DNA of 64,000 nucleotides from a virus (taxonomy: Duplodnaviria > Heunggongvirae > Uroviricota > Caudoviricetes), in the IMG/VR virus record IMGVR_UViG_3300028888_000086. One strand, given 5' to 3'. How positions within the stretch are numbered: position 1 is the first letter of the stretch; each line of letters opens with the position of its first letter. A program made the translations under genes and the position numbers. The notes under the pieces are model-generated. The model was not told the DNA's origin, searched no databases, and saw only the letters and a program-made list of their open reading frames with translations. Positions 49,179 through 59,850 of the stretch are shown here, piece by piece.

Positions 49179-50885
49179 ATGAAGTTTTTGCGCTTTATAA
49201 GTTTGTTTAGCTTTATATATGAGAGAAAAAACTTAATATATATGATAGATAAAGAAACTTTTACTAATGAGATAGAAAAATTAGAAACAACGAAAGAAAA
49301 GGGAGATTATTTTTTAGAAGTATTATCTAAAGAGTTTTTTCCAGAAGAGGAGATTACTTTCTTAGATGGCTCAGGTGATGGAGGAATTGATGCTTATTTT
49401 ACTTGTATCGATGAAAATATAAGTAAATGGTCTATAATACAATCTAAACATGGAAGTTCTTATAAAGGTACTGATTCCATTTGTTGTGATTTTTCTAAAA
49501 TATTTATACACCTAGAAGATAAAGAGTATTATGGAAAAGATAATGTATTTTTATATTTAAGAGATTTTATAAAAGAATCTAGTGAAAAAATAATTATACT
49601 CTATCTTTTAACAGATAATAAAATAAGTGACTCTGAATTAAATTCATTCAAAACAATAAAAAATATATTTTCTGAACGATATAATATTAAATTTGAAGTT
49701 GAAAATTTATATCCTGATCTATTATATGAAAAAACATCTACAGAAAAGATATATAATATTGAATTACCTGGAAATTTTATAAAAGATGATGGATCTGGGG
49801 AACTAGTAGGAAAAGTAAAAATTAGTGATTTATTTAATTTCATGAAGAATTTTAAATCACTAGCTGGCGATATTAAATTATTATATAAATCAAATATTCG
49901 TCTTTACTTATCAAATAAACTAGCAAAAGCCATAGCTAGTACACTTAGTAATGATCCTGATAAATTTTTTGAATATAATAATGGAATAACAATTCTTACT
50001 AATGGAATAAATTATAATGAAAAAGGAGTATTAATTTTATGTAATCCTGATTGTAACAATGGATGTCAAACATCATTGACTATCTATAAATATATTGAAA
50101 ATTCTAAAATAGTTCCTAATTCTAATTTATGTGTTACTATAATTGATATTTCTAAAAAATCAAAAGAAGAAATAGTAAAAATAACAGAATGTAGAAATAA
50201 ACAAACAGCTGTAAAATCTGTTGGAAGTATATTTGTTCTGGATAAAAGAGTTGAGGAAATAAAAAACATACTTAAAAATGATTATGGAAAAATATTACAG
50301 ACTAAAAAAGGAGAATATAGTCCTAAAAAGATCGATTTTGTAGATTTAATGAGTATGTGTTTTTGTATAATTGATGGTACTCCTGGTATAGCTAAATTAA
50401 AAAATGCCGAACACTATAATTCTAAAACAGGTGATGATTTTATAACAAAATTAAAAGATGATAGAGAATTATTATTATTGAGTTATAGATTAGCGGAGAT
50501 TTGTGAATTACTTAATAAAAGATCATATAAATATCGAGTAGAGAGTTTAAGATATGCTCAAATATCAATTCTTTACACAATACTAGAAAAAGCTGTTGGA
50601 TCTGATAAAGGAAAAATGTTAAAAATACTCAATGACAATGATTTATATGATTATTTTATGAAATCAGCTACTGGATTAATCAGAATATATACAGATATTA
50701 AATCAAGGACAAAGGCAAAGTTTTTGTTTGATTATGAGAATGTAGATAATTTAGAAAGATTGAGTAAGTTATTAGATTTAAATACATCTCCAAAATTAAA
50801 TGAATTAATATCTAGTTGGTTTGAATTTACTTATAAAGAAAAAACTGATATTATAGATAAAGTTGAAAAAATATTAAAAAGTTAA
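49179..50885 (+). CDS. AIPR-like abortive-infection / PD-(D/E)xK nuclease-family protein (true start probably the Met of MIDKETF at ~49242, downstream of the promoter motif at 49208-49224)
   Basis: The N-terminus has GSGDGGIDAYFTCIDEN...IIQSKH (D..E.K nuclease-like signature) followed by a long alpha-helical body, matching AIPR architecture. Confidence 0.5.
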   Translation: MKFLRFISLFSFIYERKNLIYMIDKETFTNEIEKLETTKEKGDYFLEVLSKEFFPEEEITFLDGSGDGGIDAYFTCIDENISKWSIIQSKHGSSYKGTDSICCDFSKIFIHLEDKEYYGKDNVFLYLRDFIKESSEKIIILYLLTDNKISDSELNSFKTIKNIFSERYNIKFEVENLYPDLLYEKTSTEKIYNIELPGNFIKDDGSGELVGKVKISDLFNFMKNFKSLAGDIKLLYKSNIRLYLSNKLAKAIASTLSNDPDKFFEYNNGITILTNGINYNEKGVLILCNPDCNNGCQTSLTIYKYIENSKIVPNSNLCVTIIDISKKSKEEIVKITECRNKQTAVKSVGSIFVLDKRVEEIKNILKNDYGKILQTKKGEYSPKKIDFVDLMSMCFCIIDGTPGIAKLKNAEHYNSKTGDDFITKLKDDRELLLLSYRLAEICELLNKRSYKYRVESLRYAQISILYTILEKAVGSDKGKMLKILNDNDLYDYFMKSATGLIRIYTDIKSRTKAKFLFDYENVDNLERLSKLLDLNTSPKLNELISSWFEFTYKEKTDIIDKVEKILKS

Positions 50886-50944
50886 GAGAGCTGAAATATG
50901 TTCTCTTTTTCTTTTTCTTTTTATTTTTCCTTCTAATATTCCTT

Positions 50945-50962
50945 GAAAGCCTTATATATGTA
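50945..50962 (+). promoter_or_regulatory. promoter motif AAAGCCTTATATATGTA plus TSS hairpin AAACAGG...CTTGTTT plus downstream module TTTATTTTCAAAATATTAACAAT
   Basis: The same composite occurs at 52002-52078, 22745-22833(-), 41130-41252(-), 39180-39252(-). Confidence 0.55.
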
Positions 50963-51042
50963 AACAGGTAAATTAAATACTTGTTTATTCTTTTTTATTT
51001 TCAAAATATTAACAATTAAAAACCTCGCAATGTATAGGTTAA

Positions 51043-51381
51043 TTGTATATTACTATGAGATTTATGTATTTCGTAGAAGGTGGATTTGATTGTCCTAGTA
51101 TTTACAAATCACTCAAAGATTTATCAACCTGGATTGAACGTGTTTGTGATCATGAGAAAACAAACTTTACTGCAATGCTTGATATAGATGATTATGAATG
51201 TGGGATTTATCTTGTGACACATATTGACTTCAGTGTCAAGAGAAACATAAGGTGTTTGAAAAATCACTTTTACAAGCCGGGACTATATCAACAAGTCGAA
51301 AGTGTTCTTTTAAGGTTTGGTGATGGTGGTGATACGTATAAGATAACCAGGGCAGTCTTATCTGAAATAAACAAGGGATGA
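51043..51381 (+). CDS. hypothetical protein
   Basis: 112 aa; terminator hairpin GGGATGAAACACTCCC at ~51376-51392. Confidence 0.55.
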   Translation: MYITMRFMYFVEGGFDCPSIYKSLKDLSTWIERVCDHEKTNFTAMLDIDDYECGIYLVTHIDFSVKRNIRCLKNHFYKPGLYQQVESVLLRFGDGGDTYKITRAVLSEINKG

Positions 51382-51416
51382 AACACTCCCTTTTATTTTT
51401 CCGTCTATAAAACGTT

Positions 51417-51600
51417 GAAAGCCTTATATATGTACAATAAGTACAAAAAATTCAGTTGGTGACGCCTGGAACTCACTGCAAATAAAAACGAGAGAAGGAA
51501 AATAGGGCATTTTATAAGAGTTGAGATAGATATTCTCAACTCTTTTTTTCGGTCGTATATTTAGAATTTAATTTTCGCTTATATATTATTTCTTTTAAGC
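51417..51600 (+). ncRNA. candidate small RNA unit: promoter (51417-51434), ~110 nt without a credible ORF, terminator GAGTTGAGATAGATATTCTCAACTC plus T7, then a second long hairpin TTCGGTCG...CGACCG plus T6
   Basis: Only a 10-codon ORF starts inside the promoter motif. Two consecutive terminator structures follow. Confidence 0.35.
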
Positions 51601-51679
51601 GTTATTTTAATTCTTATATTTCGACCGTTTTTTATTCTTCAAAGCCTTATATATGTATTAACAATTTAAATTATTAACT

Positions 51680-51949
51680 ATGAATAAAGACAAACTAATT
51701 TCAATTGGTATTTCCTCAATAGTAGGAGGATTATTTGGAGGGCTTGTATGTTGTATTAAAGATGCCCTGTTTGAGAAAGATGTAAAAAAGTCAACCAGTT
51801 TAAAAGAAGCTGGGAAATCATTTGGTAGAGGATTTTTAATTGGATCTGCTCTAAGTGGACTTCAAGAGACTTTCTTCTATGACGGAAGAGAAAAGTTCAA
51901 AGAAAAAGTGATTGAAGAAGAAGTGAGAAGGAGAACTACTAACAAATGA
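51680..51949 (+). CDS. small membrane/glycine-zipper protein
   Basis: GISSIVGGLFGGLVCC and GFLIGSALSG; promoter at 51641-51657. Confidence 0.5.
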   Translation: MNKDKLISIGISSIVGGLFGGLVCCIKDALFEKDVKKSTSLKEAGKSFGRGFLIGSALSGLQETFFYDGREKFKEKVIEEEVRRRTTNK

Positions 51950-52080
51950 GAATAAGGAGGGTTGAAATATACCCTTTTGTTTTTTCCGTCCATTAATCCT
52001 TAAAAGCTTTATATATGTAAGCAGGTAAAAAAATACTTGTTTATTTTTATTTTCAAAGTTTAACAATAAAACAAGAAACT

Positions 52081-52257
52081 ATGGAAGATTATCAAATTAT
52101 TTTACATTCGGATGGAGAGGTTGAAATTATAGATCATGTAGCTAGTTATGATCGTGAAGTTGAAGATAATAATTTTGACCTTATACAGTTTGAAAAGAAT
52201 GTTGAAGAAGATTTGAGAATTTTAGAAGAGTTAAGAATAATGTTGGAGAGTAATTAA
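52081..52257 (+). CDS. small acidic ORF (58 aa, MEDYQIILHSDGEVEII...) not in the track
   Basis: Preceded by the composite promoter/5'-UTR module at 52002-52078; ends TAA. Confidence 0.4.
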   Translation: MEDYQIILHSDGEVEIIDHVASYDREVEDNNFDLIQFEKNVEEDLRILEELRIMLESN

Positions 52258-52418
52258 TCCAACATTTTTTTATCCCTTCAAACCCTTATATATGTGAAGG
52301 CTAATAAAGTCGGAACAATAAGTAAATGTTATTGTAAGTAAAACTATAATAATATTTATTTTTATTTTTCGAGAATTAAATTAACAAGAATTATTAACAA
52401 ATTAAAATAGAATAAATT

Positions 52419-55400
52419 ATGAGAAAAAATAATGGAAAAGAAATTATGCCAGAAGAAATGTTAAGAAACTATATGATTTCTAAAGGCGTGGATAAAGCAA
52501 TAGATATAACTATAGAGTGGAATAAAGTAAAAAAGAATTATAACGGAGAGTATTTTATTCCTGATAGTAATTATGTAAAAAAGATTTTTGGTAAAACAAT
52601 ATTTGAATTCCTAAACATGAGTAAAAAAGGTAAAATGAAAAATGCAATGCCTGAGGATATGTTAAGGAATTTAATGATTGAAAACGGTGTTGATAAAGCA
52701 ATAAATATAAAAAATGCATGGAATAAAGTAAAAAAGAATTATAACGGAGAGTATTTTATTCCTGAATCGACATACGTAATAAAAACTTATGGTAAAACAA
52801 TACATCAAATTTTATGTATACCTACATTATCATCTCTTATGCCAGAGGATATGTTAAGGGATTTGATGATTGAAAACGGTGTTGATAAAATAAGAAACAA
52901 TCGAAAAATTTGGGATAAAATAGTGGATAAATATGATGGAGAATATTTTATTCCAAAATCAACAAATGTAAAAAGGGCTTATGGTAAAACAATACATCAA
53001 ATTTTAAATATGTCTTTGATCATGCCTGAGGATATGTTAAGGAATTTAATGATTGAAAACGGTGTTGATAAAGCACAAGATAAATGGAGAGAGTGGAATA
53101 AAGTAAAAAAGAATTACAACGGAGAGTATTTTATCTGTAGCTCTGGAGGTGTAAAAAGAATTTATGGAAAGACTGTATATGAGTTTTTTAATGAATTAGG
53201 ATATTATTTAAAAGAACGAGTTATTAATTTTCTTTCACTCCACATTGAAGACCTAGCTATGATGGATAAACCAGAGCTTCTTCAGTTAGGAATGTTAGGA
53301 GATTTGCCGAAAGAAGAACATAAAAAACTCATTGACTATCCTAAAGGGGAAGAGAAAGTAGGATTTATTAAAGAAATGGTTGAACGTCTAAAAAATCCTA
53401 AAGAAAATCAAGAGGAGGTAGAGACGTTTAATGAATTTCTAAATGAAGATGTTGATAAACCTGAAGAAACAGAGTCTTCTAATAAAGAAGAAACTGAATT
53501 TGAAAAAGGGCTTCATAAAGGATTAGAAATTGTTGAGAATTCTAAATCATATAACTTAGAAAAGCAAATCTCAGATCTTTTTGGTGGATTGAATGCTTTA
53601 GGTAATTTCAAACATAGTGATTTTACTAGTGAGGAAGCAATAGATTATATTGTAAGTTTCGAAATTCAGAAACTTTGGAATATAGTCATCTGCAATCCCA
53701 CCGAAGCTATGAGATTAATTGAAGAACAAATGCTTCAAAGAGGGAGTAGTGAGTTTTTCAGGAAAGTTATTAATGAGTTTATAAGACAGCATAATGAAGT
53801 AATTAATTTTATAATTCCGGATGGTTATTCATTTCCGTTCCAACCAACTTTAATGCAAAAATTGACTGCATTTATGGTTCTAGAAAAAGAACAGACAGCT
53901 AATTGGAGTGAAACTGGTTCGGGAAAAACTTTATCTGGAGTTCTATCATCAAGAGCTATAGATTCAAGAATAACTTTTGTAATAGCCGTAAACTCAACTA
54001 TAAATAACTGGACAGATGATGCTATTAAAAAAGCTTATCCAGACAGTAAAGTTTATAGAAAGAGTAATATAACAGATACTACAATTTTAGATAGAAATTT
54101 TCATAATTACGTAGTAGTTAATTATGAGGAGTTCCAAAATTCTAATAAATTCTTGAATAAATGGAAACCGTTCTTGATAAATAATAAAGTAGATTTTGTT
54201 ATCTTAGATGAAATTCAAAAAGTAAAAGCGAATAGTCGAGATAGCATGACTAACCGAAGAATAGTCATAGAAAATCTACTACAAGAGATAGACAAGAAAT
54301 GTGGTCGTGATTTAGAAAAAGAAGGTCGTAAAGTACCTATTCTTGCTCTATCTGCTACTCCTGTGATCAATAGTGTTAATGAGGGATTATCTATTATATC
54401 TCTCTTAAGGGGGATAGATTATACTAGTAAAAGAAATACTAGAAAGTCTGCATTAGCTTGTCATTTTGATATAGTTAAAATGGGCTTAAGACTAGTTGAA
54501 GAATCTCCTGCTATTGAGAAGTTAATTACATTCCCAATAAAAAGGGATATAAAAGATATTTCTGGAATTAATATAAAAGGAAATAAAAACTTCTTAGTCG
54601 CTATTGATGTTTGTGGTTGCTTGATTAAAATTGGAGAGTGCATCAGAAGAGGATATTTACAGCCAGGAATTCCTACTGTAATTTATACTGAATTAGTTAC
54701 TGATGTTATTGATCCTATTATTGGATTTCTTCAAGCAAACAATTTCAGAGTTGGTGAATTTACTGGTAGAAATGAAAGTACAAGAGAGATAATAAAAGAA
54801 GGTTTTATTGCAGGTAAATATGATGTATTAATTGCATCTAAACCAATTACAACTGGTGTAAATGGATTACAGAAAGTATGCAATAGGATTATTCCGATAG
54901 TTCTCCCGTGGACTTATGCAGAATATCATCAACTTATTGGAAGATTAAATCGTAAAGGAACTATATTTGATGAAGTACAGGTTATAATACCTACCATCGA
55001 GTATACTAATTCCGACAATGAAGTTTGGTCGCTTGATAATAATAGATTAGCTAGAATACATTATAAACAAATATTAGCTGATGTTATTATGACTGGAAAT
55101 ATTCCTGATGATATAATAACTACAGAACAAGCTTATAAATTAGCTAAAGATAAATTTCTTACCTTTATAAATAATGAAGGAGGTAGTGAAAAATCTAGGG
55201 AAATTCCAGTACAAGCAGCTGAACTTAAACCTGCACCACCTAAAGCAAGACCTGAGGGACAAGGAAATCAGAGAGATTACTTTTCTGAATTTCAAGGTAT
55301 TAATCAAAGAATATCAACCTCAACTTGTGATGGTGTATTTAGTAAGATCTTCAAAAATAAAGAAGATTGGGAAAATTACCACAACTTAAGAGAAAAGGCA

Positions 55401-55847
55401 ATTGGACAAAACCAGCCGCTAAAAATTATATCTCAAGATTTCTTAAAGTCTAAAAAACATAAGATTATTGGAGATATGGGATGTGGTATGAATCAGTTTA
55501 AAACATTATTACCAGAAAACTATGAAGTTATTTCTGTGGATATGTATGCGGCTGATGATACAGTGAAAGTATGTAATCTTATGGATACCTCAAAAATTAT
55601 TCCAAATGAAAGTTTAGATATCGCAGTATATTGTTTATCATTATGGAGTAGAGATTGGAGAGAAATTTTAAAAGATGCATACAGAATTTTAGATTATGAT
55701 GGAAAGATTATAATAGTTGAACCTGTTAGCTCATCATCGAAAAGTATTGATAAAATGAGACAAACCTTAATTGAAAATGGATTTACAAACATTTCAACAA
55801 CTAAGGATGGAGAAGATAAATTCTATTATATGACAGCCAATAAATAA
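52419..55847 (+). CDS. giant multidomain protein: 4 N-terminal ~55-aa repeats, then SF2 helicase, then C-terminal class I SAM-dependent methyltransferase
   Basis: Repeat MPEDMLRNLMIENGVDKA...WNKVKKNYNGEYFIP...YGKTI occurs 4 times. Helicase motifs GSGKT, ILDEIQ, LSATP, TTGVNGLQ. MTase motifs IIGDMGCGMN (motif I) and IIIVEP (motif IV region). Confidence 0.75.
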   Translation: MRKNNGKEIMPEEMLRNYMISKGVDKAIDITIEWNKVKKNYNGEYFIPDSNYVKKIFGKTIFEFLNMSKKGKMKNAMPEDMLRNLMIENGVDKAINIKNAWNKVKKNYNGEYFIPESTYVIKTYGKTIHQILCIPTLSSLMPEDMLRDLMIENGVDKIRNNRKIWDKIVDKYDGEYFIPKSTNVKRAYGKTIHQILNMSLIMPEDMLRNLMIENGVDKAQDKWREWNKVKKNYNGEYFICSSGGVKRIYGKTVYEFFNELGYYLKERVINFLSLHIEDLAMMDKPELLQLGMLGDLPKEEHKKLIDYPKGEEKVGFIKEMVERLKNPKENQEEVETFNEFLNEDVDKPEETESSNKEETEFEKGLHKGLEIVENSKSYNLEKQISDLFGGLNALGNFKHSDFTSEEAIDYIVSFEIQKLWNIVICNPTEAMRLIEEQMLQRGSSEFFRKVINEFIRQHNEVINFIIPDGYSFPFQPTLMQKLTAFMVLEKEQTANWSETGSGKTLSGVLSSRAIDSRITFVIAVNSTINNWTDDAIKKAYPDSKVYRKSNITDTTILDRNFHNYVVVNYEEFQNSNKFLNKWKPFLINNKVDFVILDEIQKVKANSRDSMTNRRIVIENLLQEIDKKCGRDLEKEGRKVPILALSATPVINSVNEGLSIISLLRGIDYTSKRNTRKSALACHFDIVKMGLRLVEESPAIEKLITFPIKRDIKDISGINIKGNKNFLVAIDVCGCLIKIGECIRRGYLQPGIPTVIYTELVTDVIDPIIGFLQANNFRVGEFTGRNESTREIIKEGFIAGKYDVLIASKPITTGVNGLQKVCNRIIPIVLPWTYAEYHQLIGRLNRKGTIFDEVQVIIPTIEYTNSDNEVWSLDNNRLARIHYKQILADVIMTGNIPDDIITTEQAYKLAKDKFLTFINNEGGSEKSREIPVQAAELKPAPPKARPEGQGNQRDYFSEFQGINQRISTSTCDGVFSKIFKNKEDWENYHNLREKAIGQNQPLKIISQDFLKSKKHKIIGDMGCGMNQFKTLLPENYEVISVDMYAADDTVKVCNLMDTSKIIPNESLDIAVYCLSLWSRDWREILKDAYRILDYDGKIIIVEPVSSSSKSIDKMRQTLIENGFTNISTTKDGEDKFYYMTANK

Positions 55848-55863
55848 TCAAAATATAAGGGAA

Positions 55864-55895
55864 GGGAGTGAAATATCTCCCTTTTTATTTTTTTT
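55864..55895 (+). terminator. hairpin GGGAGTGAAATATCTCCC plus T-run
   Basis: Perfect inverted repeat after the giant gene, immediately followed by promoter motif 55901-55916. Confidence 0.65.
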
Positions 55896-55932
55896 TCTTT
55901 AAACTCTTATATGTAATATAAATCTAAAAAGT

Positions 55933-57220
55933 ATGAAATTAAATATATTATCTGAGAAAACTACAGTAAAAAGAAAACCTGAGTATTGGGTTAGTCTATA
56001 TTATGAAAATGAAACAGTTGGAAAATATATATTTTCTAAACTTACAAATGACCTAGAAAGATTTATAGAAATTCTTCAGGATATTAGTAAAAGGTATGAA
56101 ATAGAAAATGGAAAATTCTGTTGTTATTTTTCAGATGAGTTAAATAGAATGTTTGAAGAAGATCATGAAGCATACGATTTCTTAATGTGTCTAAACAGTC
56201 ATAATTACTGTTATGATTTAGTAAATGAAGATAATGAATTTGAGTATGCATTTATGGGATTTAAAGTAGAATATATAGACGAAAACGGAGATTGGCATAA
56301 CATAAAAATAGAAAATGATGAAAAATAAAAACAGCAAGAATAATACAACTCCAGAAGAAAGGAGAATTTTAGCAGAGTCTTATCTTAGGTGGTTAAAAGA
56401 ATATGGAGATGATTTTGATAAAAGTCAAATAGTTGAAACAGATGAGAGAATATTTTTATTATGTGCTGAAAAAGAGTATGACTATGGAGGCCTTAGTTTA
56501 AAAAATATTGGATATACGCCAGAAGAGATAGAACAAGGATTAATAAAAAGTGGATATTACAAGGAAAATAAATCAGTTAAGCACTTTATAGATTGGTTTA
56601 ATGAAAAATATTAAAAAAATAGAAAATGGCTAAACATAAGAAAATTAGTAAGAAAGATAAAAAAATTAAGAATATTTATAAAGTAGATAATAGATCTAGT
56701 CGAGATACTTTCTTAAAATGGTTAGATGAATGTGGAAATGATTTACTGTATTTTAGTGGAGTCTTAAGTTGTTGTGGTTCTGACGGTCCTAATATAACAT
56801 TAGATAAAGTAGGTAAAGCTCATTTTAACATGCCTGAAGAAGTAGAAGATTACTTACAGGACCAAGGATTATATGAAGAAATGGATGTAATATGTGATAC
56901 GGTTCATTATAATCCTCCGTCTAAACACTATATAGACTGGTTTAAAGAAAAAATTATCCATAAAAATGAGTAAAACATATAAAAAGAAAGTTAAGTCTAA
57001 TTTATTTAAAAACGGAGAACATGGCCACCACAATACTTTATCTAGAGAATTTAAAGGGGTAGATGCTGGTGGTTGGTTAGTTAAATCATTCAGAGGACTT
57101 ATTGATAGACGTGATTATGAGTCTGATAGAAATAAAGGTATTAGACGAATTATGAATAAGAAAAGACGTATATCAATGAAAAGAAATGTACAAAAAGAAT
57201 TAAAGAATGAATTAGAATAA
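55933..57220 (+). CDS. four small hypothetical proteins (55933-56328, 56315-56614, 56626-56973, 56966-57220); the 2nd and 3rd are paralogs
   Basis: YLRWLKEYGDDF...HFIDWFNEKY matches FLKWLDECGNDL...HYIDWFKEKI. Confidence 0.5.
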
Positions 57221-57253
57221 AAAGAAGTAGAGGGATTTGTTTCCCTCTATTTT

Positions 57254-59087
57254 TTACCACTTATTTGTACGTGTTTTTATATAATCTCTATAAATTATAT
57301 TAAGAACATTAAGCGGAATATTTTGTTTGTTTAATGTTTTTAATTTTATTGTATGTCCTGATTTACTAATTATTCTTCCACCGCTTACTTCAAATAATAG
57401 TGCTGGTTTAGTATAATTAGATCCATATTGCTGAAATGATTTAATTTTTCCACTATACTCTAAACCATACCTTTTTATTGTAAATTCTATTTCTGGTATA
57501 CAAACATAACTATAGGTTGGTCCAAAATAGAAATGATTGAATATAGTTTTTATTAAATCTTCCTTTTTCATATTATTTTTTAACTTTTAATTGTCTATAT
57601 AGTGTGTGTATCCAATATCCATAGAGCTCATTATATAATTCTGGAAACTCTTTTAGTAATTCATTAATATCAAATAAATTATACACTCTACATATATAAT
57701 TTCTGTTTTTAATATCTACTAACTCAAAAGATTCCGAATTTATAGTTGCTTCGACTTTTAATATATCTAAGCATCTAATTTCTCCTCTAGAATTCAAACA
57801 ATCTTTTATCTTTTTTAAATCTTCTTTTTTCATACTATTTCTTCTTTATCATTCTTATACTGTTTCATAAGCCATCTCATAAATCTCCGCCTACCTGAAA
57901 ATAAACCATAAGATTTCATAGGCCACCAATAACCACTAAAATTACGACTTGCCCCAAACCTTTTTGCGTTTTCAAATGTAAGATATGAGAAGAAAAGGTC
58001 TAAAGGTTCTTCTATATATACACCCTTTATTGGAATTGATCTGAATATTCTTAATATTGCAATACATATTCCACACTCCTGTTTATTTCTAAGTAATTTA
58101 TGAGCTTCTTTTAGTATATCAATTCTTTTCATATATTTTAATTTCTTCTTTATCATTTCTATATTTCCACATAAGCCATCTCATAAATTTACGGCGTCCT
58201 GAAAATAAACCGTATTCTCCTGGTTCCCACCAATATGGTCTTTCAGGATCTGCCCCAAAAGGTTCAGCATATTTTCTCTTCAGCAAGGGAAAAATATCGT
58301 TAGGGCTACAAGATAATCCATAAGCGTTTATCAGGAATGAAATTGCAGTACATATACCGTTATTCCCATGTCTTTTTAGCAAATAATGAGCTTCCTTAAG
58401 TATATCAATTCTTTTCATTTTTTATCTAATATTTTATGAACTACTACCAGAACTAACTTACTATTAGCCCCATCAATAATTCTTTTATCTACATAATAGA
58501 ATTCTAAATTTTCATTATTATCTCCAAAATGTAGAATAATTGAATCATGTCGTTGTGGTATTTCTCCATTCCAATTTGGCCACTGTTTAATATAGTTGCC
58601 TTCTTTGTCTATAAATTCAAGTGTCATATTATATTAAATTTTCAAGTACATATAAAATTCCAGCTTCTGTTGCTTGTTCAGGACTATCACAATTTCCTTC
58701 TTGCCAAAATGCTCTATCATCATATCTAGAATCAATAAGGCCAGTTTCTCCAAGATGTTGAATAAAAGTCCATATTGTATAACTGTATGAGATTTTTAAT
58801 TTACCATCTTTAGTTGTTAAATAATCATCCATAACAGTTTCTACAATGATATTATATTTCTTTCTAATCCATTTACAAGCTACATTAAGAGTTGGAGCAG
58901 GTATCCAAGTATCTTCTGGTAGTGAAAATTCATCTATTTTATCAAATAATTCTGCAAAACCATCTTCATGAATAAGATAATATTTTATAACTTCTCCTTC
59001 AAATCCCTTTTCGTTTAGGAGTTTTGCTATTTCACTTGATACATAATCTTCTTTAATATTATTTTCTTGTATATTCTTATTAATCAT
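57254..59087 (-). CDS. six small hypothetical proteins on the minus strand (57254-57571, 57573-57833, 57830-58156, 58119-58418, 58415-58627, 58629-59087), including a tandem paralog pair 57830/58119
   Basis: MKRIDILKEAH...YGLFSGRR(R/K)FMRWLM..Y(K/R)NDKEEI is shared. The convergent terminator AGAGGGATTTGTTTCCCTCT lies at 57226-57246. Confidence 0.5.
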
Positions 59088-59341
59088 ATTTTATTTATTT
59101 TTCTATAAATAAGGCTTTGAAATTAGATTTTTACGTTTTATAAGTTCGATTAGCTTTATATATGTGAAAACCTAGTTTATTTTTTAATTAATCTATATAG
59201 TGGTTATAATATTATTCAAATAAATGCATTAAGAAGTAGTGATGATAAAAATGCAAAATGTAGACAAATAAAAGAAAATCTAATTATGAATTATTAAAAC
59301 CTTAAAACTCTTATATATGTAAAAATTAAAATTATAAAATT

Positions 59342-59749
59342 ATGGGAGTAATATATTTAAATATTGGATTAGCAATTTTTAATTTTATTTTAGCATGTAT
59401 TATTATTGCACTTGGGTTTTTTAATAATAAATCTTCTTTTGTATATGCAGGTATATTTAATTTAGTTGTTGCTTTATTTATCTCTTATATTACTTATTCT
59501 ACATATAATAGAAATGTAATGACTAAAATAAAAGAAGAAGATATCGAATCTTATTATAAATACTTGGTAGAAAAAATAAAACAGGATACCACCACATTGA
59601 ATAAAACGGATTTATTATTTTCAATAGAACCTGAAGTAGATGAAATAAATAAAATTATTGAAATTAATAGAAATAATTATGATTCTTGGTGGGATGGATA
59701 TCAGTATTCAGAAAAAATTGGAAATTTAAAAAAGATTAGATTATATTAA
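59342..59749 (+). CDS. 2-TM membrane protein, paralog family A
   Basis: Same architecture and C-terminal motif as 34417-34821; promoter at 59305-59322. Confidence 0.55.
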   Translation: MGVIYLNIGLAIFNFILACIIIALGFFNNKSSFVYAGIFNLVVALFISYITYSTYNRNVMTKIKEEDIESYYKYLVEKIKQDTTTLNKTDLLFSIEPEVDEINKIIEINRNNYDSWWDGYQYSEKIGNLKKIRLY

Positions 59750-59850
59750 AAGCCTATATAGAAAAAGAAGTAAATACGGAAAATTAAATCCGTATTTATT
59801 TTTTATACATACATTCATGTGATTCAATAGCTAATCCTTTTTCTTTATAC

